Shown: positions 20,257-30,301 of the stretch, piece by piece
How the letters are laid out: each line of letters begins with the position of its first letter
Numbering within the stretch: the stretch's first letter is position 1
Source of the DNA: Candidatus Dojkabacteria bacterium
Lineage (GTDB): Bacteria; Patescibacteriota; Dojkabacteria; SC72
NCBI GenBank assembly: GCA_012513575.1
Contig: JAAZBX010000007.1
Location: 27,931-91,930 of the forward strand
Length of the DNA: 64,000 bases
Direction of reading: 5' to 3'
Program-made: the position numbers and the translations under genes
Notes under the pieces: model-generated
The model's input: only the letters and a program-made list of their open reading frames with translations
What the model was told of the DNA's origin: nothing
The model's database searches: none

Positions 20257-21549
20257 ATGAAAAACGGAATGAAGCCACAAACATTAAAAGGATTTTATGA
20301 CTACTTCTCTGATGATATGAGAATTCGTAATTTCATAAAAGATTCTTTTAGAGAAATTGCCGAAGAATACGGTTTTGAGCCCTTAGAAACTCCCGCCTTA
20401 GAATATTCAGAATTAATTCTCGGACAGAGTGGGGAAGAGGCAGAGAAACTGTATTACAAATTTAAAGATAATGGGGAAAGGGATGTAATGCTTAAATATG
20501 AACTAATGATTCCAATGTGCAGAGCTGTGGCACAAAATATAAACAGTATTACACTCCCATATAAAAGATACCAAGTACAGAATGTATGGAGAGCTGAGAA
20601 TGTCCAAAGAGGAAGATTAAGAGAATTCACCCAAATGGATGTGGATATTTTGGGTAGTAGCTCCCATTTAGCAGATGCAGAGATAATTCTTTTTGGCATA
20701 TCATTTCTAAAGAAAATTGGATTTGAGAACTTCAGGGTGAGGTTAAATAGTAGAGAAATAATCCAGGGAATTGTCGAAGTTCTTGAGATTGAGGAAAGCA
20801 AGTTTGAGAAAATATATATTTCCATTGATAAGTTAGAAAAGATTGGGAAGGAGAAAGTAAGAGAGATTCTCATTATTGACTCAAATATTGAAAAGGAAAA
20901 GGTAGACAAATTACTTGAGATTATTGAAATAAAAGAGATTGATAAAATAAGTAATATCTTAGAAAACTCAATCGCTGGTAAAAATGGGGTAGAGAATATT
21001 AAAAAAATACTATCGATAATTAATGGAACAGAGAGAGATAAGGTTCTATTTGACCTCTCTTTGGCTAGAGGTTTAACTTCTTACACTGGTGCAGTGTGGG
21101 AGTTTGAAATCATCGAAGGAAATATAGGCTCCGTTAGTGGTGGGGGAAGATATGATAAAGCTGTCAGTAAGTATTTAGGCAGGGAAATCCCAGCAACAGG
21201 GACTTCTTTTGGCCTTGAAAGATTAGCAGAGGTCATTAAGCAGATGGAGATGCTAAAAACGAAAGATAACAAATCAGTACTTATTATCCCAATGGATGAA
21301 AGATCTACTTCTTTTTTACTTTCAACTACAAAAAAACTTAGAAAGAAAAATATTCAAACCAACATTTACCCAGATTTCGTTAAACTCAAAGAATCTTTAA
21401 AATATGCTAACAAGAAAGAATATACTTGGGTGATCATAATTGGAGAAAATGAAACATCCTCTAATACACTTACACTCAGAAATATGCTAACACAAGAGCA
21501 ATTTACACTAACTATTAAAGAGGCTATAAATAAAATACAAAACAAGTAA
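20257..21549 (+). CDS. hisS: Histidine--tRNA ligase
   Basis: Class II core with the GGGRYD motif and a C-terminal anticodon-binding domain. Confidence 0.8.
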   Translation: MKNGMKPQTLKGFYDYFSDDMRIRNFIKDSFREIAEEYGFEPLETPALEYSELILGQSGEEAEKLYYKFKDNGERDVMLKYELMIPMCRAVAQNINSITLPYKRYQVQNVWRAENVQRGRLREFTQMDVDILGSSSHLADAEIILFGISFLKKIGFENFRVRLNSREIIQGIVEVLEIEESKFEKIYISIDKLEKIGKEKVREILIIDSNIEKEKVDKLLEIIEIKEIDKISNILENSIAGKNGVENIKKILSIINGTERDKVLFDLSLARGLTSYTGAVWEFEIIEGNIGSVSGGGRYDKAVSKYLGREIPATGTSFGLERLAEVIKQMEMLKTKDNKSVLIIPMDERSTSFLLSTTKKLRKKNIQTNIYPDFVKLKESLKYANKKEYTWVIIIGENETSSNTLTLRNMLTQEQFTLTIKEAINKIQNK

Positions 21550-21566
21550 TTAATTCAGCGCCTGAA

Positions 21567-22184
21567 TTGATGAAAGCATATAATGAAAAAAATGTTTTTA
21601 TTTTTTCTAAAGACCTATCACTTATTGAGCAACTCCGAAGAGATCTTTACTCTTTTAATGCTTGTATAAGATTATTCCTTAACAATCGAGAACTGATAGG
21701 AAAACATAGAGTGGAATTAATTATCATTGATCAACGATTTTTTAAAGAATTTGAATATCTTCCAAGGTTTTTTCATACAAAGATTATCTATATTTCTGAA
21801 GACTATTCAAAAAATAATATCGAAAAAATCATAGTGAATAAAGCTGACAATATTCTTTTTACCCCAATCAATTACGCCTTTTTATTATGCTTGATAAGGA
21901 AATATTTAGGCTTGTTAATTACAAAAGAATGTCAAGAATTAGTGTATAGAGGAATTTCCCTTTCAAACAACTCAAAATCTATCACCTATAACAGATGTAA
22001 AGCTTTGTTAACTGATTCTGAATTTGAGACAATGAAATCAATTATGTCAAACAGTATTGATTCAAGAAAATCCTCAGCGGCTCTTCAAGTTACGGTTTGT
22101 CGAATTAATAAAAAAAGTGTTGAGGCAATGGGTCTTCGATTAATAAAAAAAAGAAGGGGACATAATTACACAATTTCTATTTAG
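21567..22184 (+). CDS. Atypical OmpR-family response-regulator-like protein (degenerate receiver plus winged helix)
   Basis: The C-terminus LTDSEFETMKSIMSN...VTVCRINKK...GLRLIKKRRGHNYTI resembles a trans_reg_C winged helix. The N-terminal receiver-like fold keeps a candidate phospho-Asp (LIIIDQ) but lacks the acidic pair and the conserved Lys. Confidence 0.55.
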   Translation: MMKAYNEKNVFIFSKDLSLIEQLRRDLYSFNACIRLFLNNRELIGKHRVELIIIDQRFFKEFEYLPRFFHTKIIYISEDYSKNNIEKIIVNKADNILFTPINYAFLLCLIRKYLGLLITKECQELVYRGISLSNNSKSITYNRCKALLTDSEFETMKSIMSNSIDSRKSSAALQVTVCRINKKSVEAMGLRLIKKRRGHNYTISI

Positions 22185-24784
22185 ATTTTCTTCTTCCATT
22201 CAACAATTTTCTTCAAAGCTTCAAGAGGAGTTAAATTGTCTGTATCAATCTTCTGAATCTCATTTTCTATAACTGAATTTTTTGCACTGAAAAGTGGATA
22301 TTGTAATGCTGCATTAGAAATAATTCTGTTTTGCTCTTTGGAAGAGAAAGTTCCTTCTCTGATAGTATTTTTTTGAGGAAAAAGAATGTTTTGTTCAAAA
22401 CCTTCTAAAATTTGGTTAGCACGCTTAATAATTTTCTCTGGAAGACCAGCCATTTTCGCTACATAAATACCGTAGCTTCTATCAGTTCCTCCTTCAATTA
22501 TCTTTCTAAGAAAAATAACCTCACCTTTCTCAATATCTTCTTCAACTAACACATTGTAATTTTTTACTTCAGAAGGGAATTTCTCAGCAAGCCTCAAAAG
22601 TTCATGATAGTGTGTTGCAAAAAGAGTTCTAGCCTTAAGTTCCCTGATAATATACTCTGCTAGAGCCCACGCTATACTGACTCCATCATATGTACTTGTA
22701 CCTCTTCCTACTTCATCAAGGACTATTAAGCTGTATTTGGAAGCATTGTTAATAATGTTTGCGGCTTCATCCATTTCGACCATAAAAGTACTTCTTCCTC
22801 GGGACAAATCATCCGACGCTCCAACTCTTGTAAATATTCTATCTACAATTGAGATCTCAGCTTTGTTTGCTGGAACAAAGGATCCTATTTGTGCCATTAA
22901 TACAATTGTTGCAACTTGTCTGATATATGTTGATTTCCCTGCCATATTGGGACCTGTGAGTATACACATATTCCCTTCTTTGGAAGAAAGATCAGTATTG
23001 TTTGAAATAAAACTACTTTTATCAAATGATTCAATTATTGGATGACGACCTTTTTCTATGTGGATTATTCCATCATTTTCCCCCATCTCTGAGATTTCTG
23101 GCTTTACATAATCTAATTGTTTTGCTGTGTAGGCAAAGTTAGACAAAACATCAATATATGATATTTTTTTTGAAAGCTCTTTTATTTTCTCGAGATTGGG
23201 CAATAGAGTCTCTCTAAATTCATTAAATAGTTTTAGCTCCAAAAGAGAAAGCCTCTCATGGGCATTTAGTATTATTTCTTCCTTTTCTTTTAAGTCTTCA
23301 GTAATAAATCTTTCGGAATTAACTAGGGTTTGCTTTCTAATATATCTATCAGGGACTTTACCGTAATGAGACTTGGTCACCTCAATATAATATCCAAAGA
23401 CATTATTGTAACTGACCTTCAAAGAAGAAATTCCTGTTGACTTCCTTTCCTTTTCTTCAAACTCCTTCAGCCAAATCTTGCTGTTCATAGACAGAGATTT
23501 TAGTTCATCAACTTCCTTGCTGTAACCTTCACGAATAATTCCTCCTTCAGAAATAGTATTGGGAGGATTGTCAACAAGAAATTTGGATATCTTATTGACT
23601 AATTCTTTGTAAAATTCATTATCTAATTTACTATACTTAATTTTCAAAGAATTACTAAGCTCATCAAGAATATCTAATGCGTTCTGTAATGAAACTTGTA
23701 ATGCTTTGAGATCTCTAGCATTTACCCTGTTAAGACCAATTTTCCCAACAATTCTTTCTATATCATTAATTCCTTCTAATTTTCCTCTTACCGAATCTAA
23801 TATGTTTTCATTTTGAAAAAATATTTCAACTATCTTTAACCTTTCATCAATTTCCTTCTTTGAGATTAAAGGATTCAATATCCAACCATACAACAATCTT
23901 GTTCCCATACGCGTGTTTGTGTTATTGAGAATAGAGAACAAAGAATTCTCCATAGTTCCCAAATAGTAGTTATTTGTTAATTCAAGGTTTCTTACTGTTG
24001 CCTTATCAAGAATCATTGTCTTCTCCAAAGAGACTTTAATTGGTTTGGATATATGCTTTGGATTCATCATCTGGGTATTAGAAATATAATGAAGAATCAT
24101 AGCAACAGAAATTATTCCCTCAGAATCTCTCTCAAGACCAAGAGAATCAGTTGTATTTATCTCAAAGAAATCTTTTATTATCTCTTCGCAATATTTGATA
24201 TTTTCGAAACGTTTATCAAGAAATTGAACTGGGAAAGCAGAAAGTAGATCATTACTCTGGCCTTCAAGAATTAATATCTCCGAAGGATTATAAGCAGTTA
24301 ATACAGATCTGACATAGTTATCTTCGTAGCCTTCTTTTAACAGTAGAAATTCCCCTGTAGTTATATCAGCAAGTGATGCAACAATTTTCTTCTTTGAAAA
24401 ATAGAAAGCAGCCAGATACGAATTTCTCATAATGCTTGCTTCTTCTCCGTCTACTGTCCCAGGAGTAACAATTCTGGTCACTCCTCTTTTAACAATACCC
24501 TTTGCAAATTTAGGATCTTCAAGTTGATCTACAACTACAACACAATATCCCGCATCAATAAACTTCGGGAGATATTGATCTATAGCTTTATGAGGAAAAC
24601 CAGCTAGTAGTGTAGCATTCTCCTTCTTGTCTCTTTTTGTCAAAGTAATATTTAACACTTTCGAAGCTATTTTTGCATCCTCACCAAATGTTTCAAAAAA
24701 ATCTCCCATCCTGAAAAGGACAATTTTATCAGGATACTGCTTCTTGAAACTTAAGAATTGCTTCATCATTGGAGTATCATTCAT
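22181..24784 (-). CDS. mutS: DNA mismatch repair protein MutS
   Basis: N-terminal mismatch-binding domain (FRMGDFFETFGEDA), Walker A TGPNMAGKSTYIRQ and an ABC-like ATPase C-terminus. Confidence 0.92.
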   Translation of the reverse strand: MNDTPMMKQFLSFKKQYPDKIVLFRMGDFFETFGEDAKIASKVLNITLTKRDKKENATLLAGFPHKAIDQYLPKFIDAGYCVVVVDQLEDPKFAKGIVKRGVTRIVTPGTVDGEEASIMRNSYLAAFYFSKKKIVASLADITTGEFLLLKEGYEDNYVRSVLTAYNPSEILILEGQSNDLLSAFPVQFLDKRFENIKYCEEIIKDFFEINTTDSLGLERDSEGIISVAMILHYISNTQMMNPKHISKPIKVSLEKTMILDKATVRNLELTNNYYLGTMENSLFSILNNTNTRMGTRLLYGWILNPLISKKEIDERLKIVEIFFQNENILDSVRGKLEGINDIERIVGKIGLNRVNARDLKALQVSLQNALDILDELSNSLKIKYSKLDNEFYKELVNKISKFLVDNPPNTISEGGIIREGYSKEVDELKSLSMNSKIWLKEFEEKERKSTGISSLKVSYNNVFGYYIEVTKSHYGKVPDRYIRKQTLVNSERFITEDLKEKEEIILNAHERLSLLELKLFNEFRETLLPNLEKIKELSKKISYIDVLSNFAYTAKQLDYVKPEISEMGENDGIIHIEKGRHPIIESFDKSSFISNNTDLSSKEGNMCILTGPNMAGKSTYIRQVATIVLMAQIGSFVPANKAEISIVDRIFTRVGASDDLSRGRSTFMVEMDEAANIINNASKYSLIVLDEVGRGTSTYDGVSIAWALAEYIIRELKARTLFATHYHELLRLAEKFPSEVKNYNVLVEEDIEKGEVIFLRKIIEGGTDRSYGIYVAKMAGLPEKIIKRANQILEGFEQNILFPQKNTIREGTFSSKEQNRIISNAALQYPLFSAKNSVIENEIQKIDTDNLTPLEALKKIVEWKKKI

Positions 24785-24821
24785 ACCTTGTAGTATACCA
24801 CAGAGAATATTGAAAACTCAG

Positions 24822-27359
24822 CTATTTACCGAGTATTATTTTGCCTTCTTCATCTGCAACAATCCTTCTTGCATCAGAAATGTCCTCAGAAGATACGCAC
24901 ACCCCATACACTCCAGCTTGTACACAGTACTTAAGTAACGGTTTGCTATTTTCAACAATCACAATAACTTTCCCTGTTTTACCTTTGACAGAATAGTTAA
25001 TATTATCCAAAACCTTAAAAATACTAGATCTTGCCAAATCATATTTTGCATCTTTTTCATCAACTTTAAACCCTTGCATCTGTTTTGCAACTCTAGGAGT
25101 ATTTAAAATCACTCCATCAAGATTTGTATTCACAATCTCATCAACAAGAATTATTTCAGAAGGATTATCTAAAATTACATACAAATTGAAAGAAGACATT
25201 CTTCTAAGTTTTTCACTAAGAAGTAATTTTTTTATCTCCCTTACTACATCCTCATTCATAGGAGCATGAACAGCCAAAGAAATATTCCTTTTCTTGTAAA
25301 CATTTCGAAGTTTTCTAATAATTCTAGCAACTCTTTTAAGTAATTCTGGATTGTTTGCATAATGAATTGCACCAAAAGCATCAGAGGAAAGAGACTCATC
25401 TTCATTTTTCTTTCCACCTACCAACCCTCTAAAATCTTTAACTTTTGCAGAACCTATAGAAATGATTACTTCATCACCTTTTACCAAATTAACATATTCA
25501 AGAATGGTGTTACATATTCTTTTAGAGTAATCTACAAACTTCTTATCCTCAACGTATTGAAGAATATGACGACCATCTTCAATCATAATTTTATCCAAAT
25601 CAATATATACAAGACCATTGGAATTACCAACAAAATCAAATAGTTCCTTGGGTTGTTGATCAACCAAAGAGAAAATTTTAGTCGCAGTGTGCGGCAAAGT
25701 AAAATCTTTGGGTGTAGATGAAGTATTATCTCCATCTTCATCAGAGAGCTCTTTTAGGGTAACATCACCACGAGCGTATACGTCTGCAATTGGATGTAAC
25801 TCTTTCTTTATCTCATCAATTAATTTTGAGCTTTTATAAATTGTCCCAGAATTTCCATCAAGTTTAACAATATCCCCATCCTCGAGAAGTGAGGATGCAG
25901 TAGCCGCTCCAACTACTGCTGGTATTTTGAATTCCCTGCAAAGAATTGCTGTGTCACTAGTTAGACCTCCAGTCTCCATAATTATTCCGCCGGAAGAGAG
26001 AATCATTCCTTCCATCTCCGATGAATATCTCTTTATTAAAAGAATATCTCCTTTTGTATATTTTTTTACTACTGGTCCATCAACAATATTTATCTTTCCT
26101 GTAACTGTTCCAAAGCTTGCACCAATACCAGAGATAACAAAATCTTCTCTCTTGGTTTCCGGTTTGTTTAATTCAACATCAAGCTCTTTCTTAGCTTGAA
26201 CTATCAATTCCTCAAGTCTTTTAATTTCTTCATCATTATTTTTCTGAACAATTTTCTTTGCCTCCGTCATTGCAGAGGAAATCATTTGATCTTTGCTTTC
26301 AAACTTTTCAATAAAACCTAGAATTTCTTCTCGGACATTGGACCTAACATTAACAACAAATTCGCTTTGTACTTCAAAATCAAGTGATTTAAATCTAACT
26401 GGCTTGTTTTGCAGTACCCAAAATCTTCCTCCAGACAAAACCCATTCAATATTTTGAGCTTCCCCACTTCTATCTTCAATAACTAAAGAAATTTTTGATA
26501 TCTCCTGTATATCCTTATCTGAAAGTTTCTGTTTATGACTCCAACCTTTTGATATTTTTATCTTCTCAACACCCTGATTCATTTTCTTCACTTGCTTCAT
26601 CGTCCTTACCTTCATCCACTCTTGTGGAGCAATATGTTTCTCAACTGTTGAGAGATCTTTCTTGTTTAATAAATATGTATCCGGAGTCACTTCTCCCAAA
26701 GAAATTACATCTCCCAATCCGTATACAGCCTCAATGTTTAATTTCGTTTTTTCCTGACTAATAGGATCAACGGTGTAAACAATACCCGCAACTTCAGATT
26801 GAACCATCTTCTGTACAACAACAGCCATTTTAACATCGGAGATATCAATGTTCATTCTTTTAGCGTAAGCCACAACATCATCGCTAAACATCGAAGAAAA
26901 AATCCTTTTTATAGAGGGTAATAGCTCATCATACTTCCTAACATTTAGCTCGGTAGAAAAAATTCCAGTGAATGAAACATCTTTATCATTAGGAAAGACT
27001 ACAGAGGATCTTACAGAAACCCAAGCATCAGTAAAACCTGATAATCTAGTATATGCAGAAAGAATCTCCTCCTGTGCTTCCTTATCAAGTATTTCGTTAA
27101 CCATCGTAGATTCAATCTCAAACGCTTCAGGGTTTTTCCCTTTACCAAGCAATTTTTCTTTGTTTCCTTTAAACACTTTCAAAGAATGCTCAACAAAGAC
27201 ATCACTTGATACAACAAAAAATTCTGGGACTGGGACATCCATATCTTTAAGCTTGAAAAGACTTAATCCCTTTCTTCCCACTTTATTTTCATTTAATTCT
27301 TTTGCAGAATAGTCTTCAAAAAAGAATACTTTTGGTTTCTTTGAAGTTTCATTACTCAT
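24822..27359 (-). CDS. PEP synthase / pyruvate phosphate dikinase-family protein with a substituted catalytic His
   Basis: The N-terminal ATP-grasp domain matches PpsA (VGRKGLSLFKL, SVRSS, QKMVQSEVAGIVYTVDP). The central mobile domain reads GGLTSDTAILCREFKIPAVVGA; the canonical motif is GGRTSHAAI. The C-terminal PEP-binding barrel region is divergent and no NDLTQ motif is visible. Confidence 0.65.
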   Translation of the reverse strand: MSNETSKKPKVFFFEDYSAKELNENKVGRKGLSLFKLKDMDVPVPEFFVVSSDVFVEHSLKVFKGNKEKLLGKGKNPEAFEIESTMVNEILDKEAQEEILSAYTRLSGFTDAWVSVRSSVVFPNDKDVSFTGIFSTELNVRKYDELLPSIKRIFSSMFSDDVVAYAKRMNIDISDVKMAVVVQKMVQSEVAGIVYTVDPISQEKTKLNIEAVYGLGDVISLGEVTPDTYLLNKKDLSTVEKHIAPQEWMKVRTMKQVKKMNQGVEKIKISKGWSHKQKLSDKDIQEISKISLVIEDRSGEAQNIEWVLSGGRFWVLQNKPVRFKSLDFEVQSEFVVNVRSNVREEILGFIEKFESKDQMISSAMTEAKKIVQKNNDEEIKRLEELIVQAKKELDVELNKPETKREDFVISGIGASFGTVTGKINIVDGPVVKKYTKGDILLIKRYSSEMEGMILSSGGIIMETGGLTSDTAILCREFKIPAVVGAATASSLLEDGDIVKLDGNSGTIYKSSKLIDEIKKELHPIADVYARGDVTLKELSDEDGDNTSSTPKDFTLPHTATKIFSLVDQQPKELFDFVGNSNGLVYIDLDKIMIEDGRHILQYVEDKKFVDYSKRICNTILEYVNLVKGDEVIISIGSAKVKDFRGLVGGKKNEDESLSSDAFGAIHYANNPELLKRVARIIRKLRNVYKKRNISLAVHAPMNEDVVREIKKLLLSEKLRRMSSFNLYVILDNPSEIILVDEIVNTNLDGVILNTPRVAKQMQGFKVDEKDAKYDLARSSIFKVLDNINYSVKGKTGKVIVIVENSKPLLKYCVQAGVYGVCVSSEDISDARRIVADEEGKIILGK

Positions 27360-27392
27360 TGTCTCGGGCAGTAAAAAACTTAATTCTAATTC

Positions 27393-28496
27393 TTAATTAA
27401 CAATACCTTTCGCTTCTATTTTTTGCAAGTCTATATAAAATTCATAAAGAATTTTAATTAATACTATTATCGGAACTGCAACAACAGCACCAAGAGGACC
27501 CGCAAGGATAAGCATAATTACCGCTCCGACCATTACATAGAAAGGCTTAACTCCAACAACATTTCCCATTACTTTTGGAATGATAAAATTGTTCTCTATC
27601 TGTTGATAAATAACCATCAAAATTAAAATAATAAATGCATTAATGGGACCCAATGTAATAAGTGATACTATTCCGACAGCAACTCCACCCAAAGTCGCAC
27701 CAATACTTGGAATTGCATCCATCAACCCAACAAATACCGCCAAGGGAATAGCAAAAGGAACTTTAAATAGAGATAGTAAAACCACTGAAATCAGTGTGGC
27801 AATTAGGCTAACTGCACCCTGTCCTAGCACCCATCCTCCCAGCTTATTTTCCACATCAGAAATTAATTGTTTAACTCTTTGCACTCTATCTTTTGAACGA
27901 ATTTTAACAAAAATGACATCAGCCAAAGAATCATGCTCTGAAACTAAATAAATAGAAAGAACTGTAACTGAAAGCAGGGTAGTAAATCCATTGAAGAACC
28001 CACCAAGAGTTGAAGTTATACTTTTGAAATTGTCTGAAGTAGTCAAGGAACTGACCCAATCAGACACAGATTTCTCAACAGAAGCACTATCTATCTTAAA
28101 ACCATTAATATTTAACCCATTTATGGAATTTAATAATTTTGAAATCCAATCAGGTAGCACTTCAAAAAGACCACCTATTTGATTAACAAAAGGAACAAAA
28201 ATAATTGCTAATATTACAAGAAGGAAAATCAAAAGAGAAAAATATGCAAGAAATATTGCAACATTTTTTGACATTTTCTTCTTTAAGAACCAGTTTACAA
28301 TTGGCCTCATTGCACACATTAGTACGAATGAGAACATTAAAAAAAGTAATATCGAAATAAATTGCTTCCCCCAAAACAGAAGAGCTATCGTTGAAACAAT
28401 CAAGATGAGTAGAGTAGGAGATAAATCTATTTGAACTTTTTGAGGCCTATTTGCATCTGGACCATTCTTACTTTCAACAGAATAAATCTTTGGCAT
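27393..28496 (-). CDS. AI-2E family transporter (PerM/YhhT-like)
   Basis: 367-aa polytopic membrane protein with AI-2E-type topology and conserved Gly/Pro-rich helices. Confidence 0.7.
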   Translation of the reverse strand: MPKIYSVESKNGPDANRPQKVQIDLSPTLLILIVSTIALLFWGKQFISILLFLMFSFVLMCAMRPIVNWFLKKKMSKNVAIFLAYFSLLIFLLVILAIIFVPFVNQIGGLFEVLPDWISKLLNSINGLNINGFKIDSASVEKSVSDWVSSLTTSDNFKSITSTLGGFFNGFTTLLSVTVLSIYLVSEHDSLADVIFVKIRSKDRVQRVKQLISDVENKLGGWVLGQGAVSLIATLISVVLLSLFKVPFAIPLAVFVGLMDAIPSIGATLGGVAVGIVSLITLGPINAFIILILMVIYQQIENNFIIPKVMGNVVGVKPFYVMVGAVIMLILAGPLGAVVAVPIIVLIKILYEFYIDLQKIEAKGIVN

Positions 28497-28543
28497 ATAT
28501 ATAGCAATAATTATATTATCCTAAATATGATACCACAATTCCT

Positions 28544-29482
28544 TTACTGTAATCTATTCTTTTTGTAAATAACGATTCCAGAACTTGCAAGGAAAGCTAT
28601 CAAAGCAAGAATGCCAATAATTCCCATTATCTGTCCATCTTTAAGAATGGAAAGGGCTAATTGCAACTCACCTGCAGCAACTGGCAAATCAGAATCAATA
28701 ACGGCATTTCCATTTACAGAGCTATCCTTCGAATAAACAACAGAGACTTTTTCTTCGACTTCTTTACTATTTCCAGCCTCATCTTTAAGGGCAACTGCGA
28801 ATACGTTTGAACCCTCTTCCCTTAAAGAAATATCCTTTAAAACAAATTTCCCATCGTTTCCTACCTCTGCCTCATAAATATCCGTACCTCTTTTGACTAC
28901 AACCTTACTCCCTGGCTCAGCTTCCCCTGATAATGCGAATGTCTCCGTCCCAACTTCTTTTGAATAATTTATCTTTGACAACTCAGGGGCTGTTCTATCA
29001 ACAGATACAATAATTGGATCTGATTTTGGAGTTACTATTTTTTTTAGAAAACCTTTTATTGCTGAGACAGATACTATATATTTACCTTCATCTTCAATTT
29101 TCTGAATGAATTCAAACTTCCCATCTTTACCAATTTTTGCTGTTCCTACAAGTTCGTTGTCAATATATACTTGAGCCTTTTTAAAACCCTCTGCAATTCC
29201 TTTTACAACAATATTCTCACCATTAACAGCAGTCACTGTGTCTGCAATGGAAGGGGAGGATAGGGACTCATCTAGTTGAGGATTCTTGTTATTTTTAAGA
29301 TAGGAAAAAATTCCATAACCGATAAGAAGCAGACCAAACACAATAAAAAGTGTGCCGATAAGTCTCGAGAGAGAACTTTCTCTCTTTTCTCTAATCTCAA
29401 CCTTAGACACCATACTATCCTTGGAAGAATTTGACACTTTTTGATTATTTTTTTTGGCAGAATTAATTTTTTTCTTTGCCAC
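28544..29482 (-). CDS. Membrane-anchored surface protein with Ig-like (Big-type) domains and a C-terminal sorting-signal-like tail
   Basis: Basic N-terminus plus a TM helix, and V/K/G-rich beta domains. The C-terminus reads DLPVAAGELQLALS...IIGILALIAFLASSGIVIYKKNRLQ: a motif, then a hydrophobic stretch, then a basic tail. Confidence 0.5.
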   Translation of the reverse strand: MAKKKINSAKKNNQKVSNSSKDSMVSKVEIREKRESSLSRLIGTLFIVFGLLLIGYGIFSYLKNNKNPQLDESLSSPSIADTVTAVNGENIVVKGIAEGFKKAQVYIDNELVGTAKIGKDGKFEFIQKIEDEGKYIVSVSAIKGFLKKIVTPKSDPIIVSVDRTAPELSKINYSKEVGTETFALSGEAEPGSKVVVKRGTDIYEAEVGNDGKFVLKDISLREEGSNVFAVALKDEAGNSKEVEEKVSVVYSKDSSVNGNAVIDSDLPVAAGELQLALSILKDGQIMGIIGILALIAFLASSGIVIYKKNRLQ

Positions 29483-29583
29483 GTTTGACCCATATTAAAA
29501 TTTATATAGTCGCTTGTTTAGAATAATATAATTTCGTAAATAATGCAACCTTTCTTAAAATTTAGTAGAATAGTAAAGTAATT

Positions 29584-30270
29584 ATGAGCAAATTATTTAA
29601 AATTCTATTAACATTATTCCTTATACTATTGGTATTGACACCAATTTCATATTTTATCGCTTATCCATACATAAATGAGATTGAAATACAATTTGGGAAG
29701 CTAAACTTATATGAAATTTCTAAAAAGACTTACATCTCTTTGCTTACATCGGTATCTCCTTCCCCAGAGAAATACAAAACTGTTGAATTTGAGTCAGACT
29801 CAATAGAAGAATCAATTCAATCCAAAAATATTGTTCTAGATAGCAAACTTTTAGAGGAATTAAATACGACATTAACGATTGATTCCGCACTAATTCATGG
29901 GAGAGTTTTCCAGGGGATTACCTCAAAAACAATGGATTTAGGTTTTTGGCATTTTCCTCTTTCGAAATATCCTGGACAAAAAGGCAATTCAGTTATAATT
30001 GGACATCGTTTTTTTTATCTCCCCCCAGCAAAAAACACCTTTTTTAATTTAGATAGAGTACAAATTGGGGACACAATTATTTTAAATCATAATGAGGGGG
30101 AGTGGAAATATATAGTTACAGAAACTAGAATTGTTAATGACAATGATTTATCTGTTCTCCAAAACACAGAAGATTACCGACTAACCTTAATTACATGTAC
30201 ACCTCTTTGGACTTCAGAAAAAAGGTTAGTTGTCATTTCAAAGCTAGACAAACTATATCAAAAAGTATAG
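29584..30270 (+). CDS. Sortase (transpeptidase)
   Basis: N-terminal signal anchor, His in VIIGHRFFY, catalytic Cys in LTLITC and a downstream Arg (KRLVV). Confidence 0.75.
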   Translation: MSKLFKILLTLFLILLVLTPISYFIAYPYINEIEIQFGKLNLYEISKKTYISLLTSVSPSPEKYKTVEFESDSIEESIQSKNIVLDSKLLEELNTTLTIDSALIHGRVFQGITSKTMDLGFWHFPLSKYPGQKGNSVIIGHRFFYLPPAKNTFFNLDRVQIGDTIILNHNEGEWKYIVTETRIVNDNDLSVLQNTEDYRLTLITCTPLWTSEKRLVVISKLDKLYQKV

Positions 30271-30301
30271 AATTAGAAGCATAAATTAACACAAATCTTT
30301 C

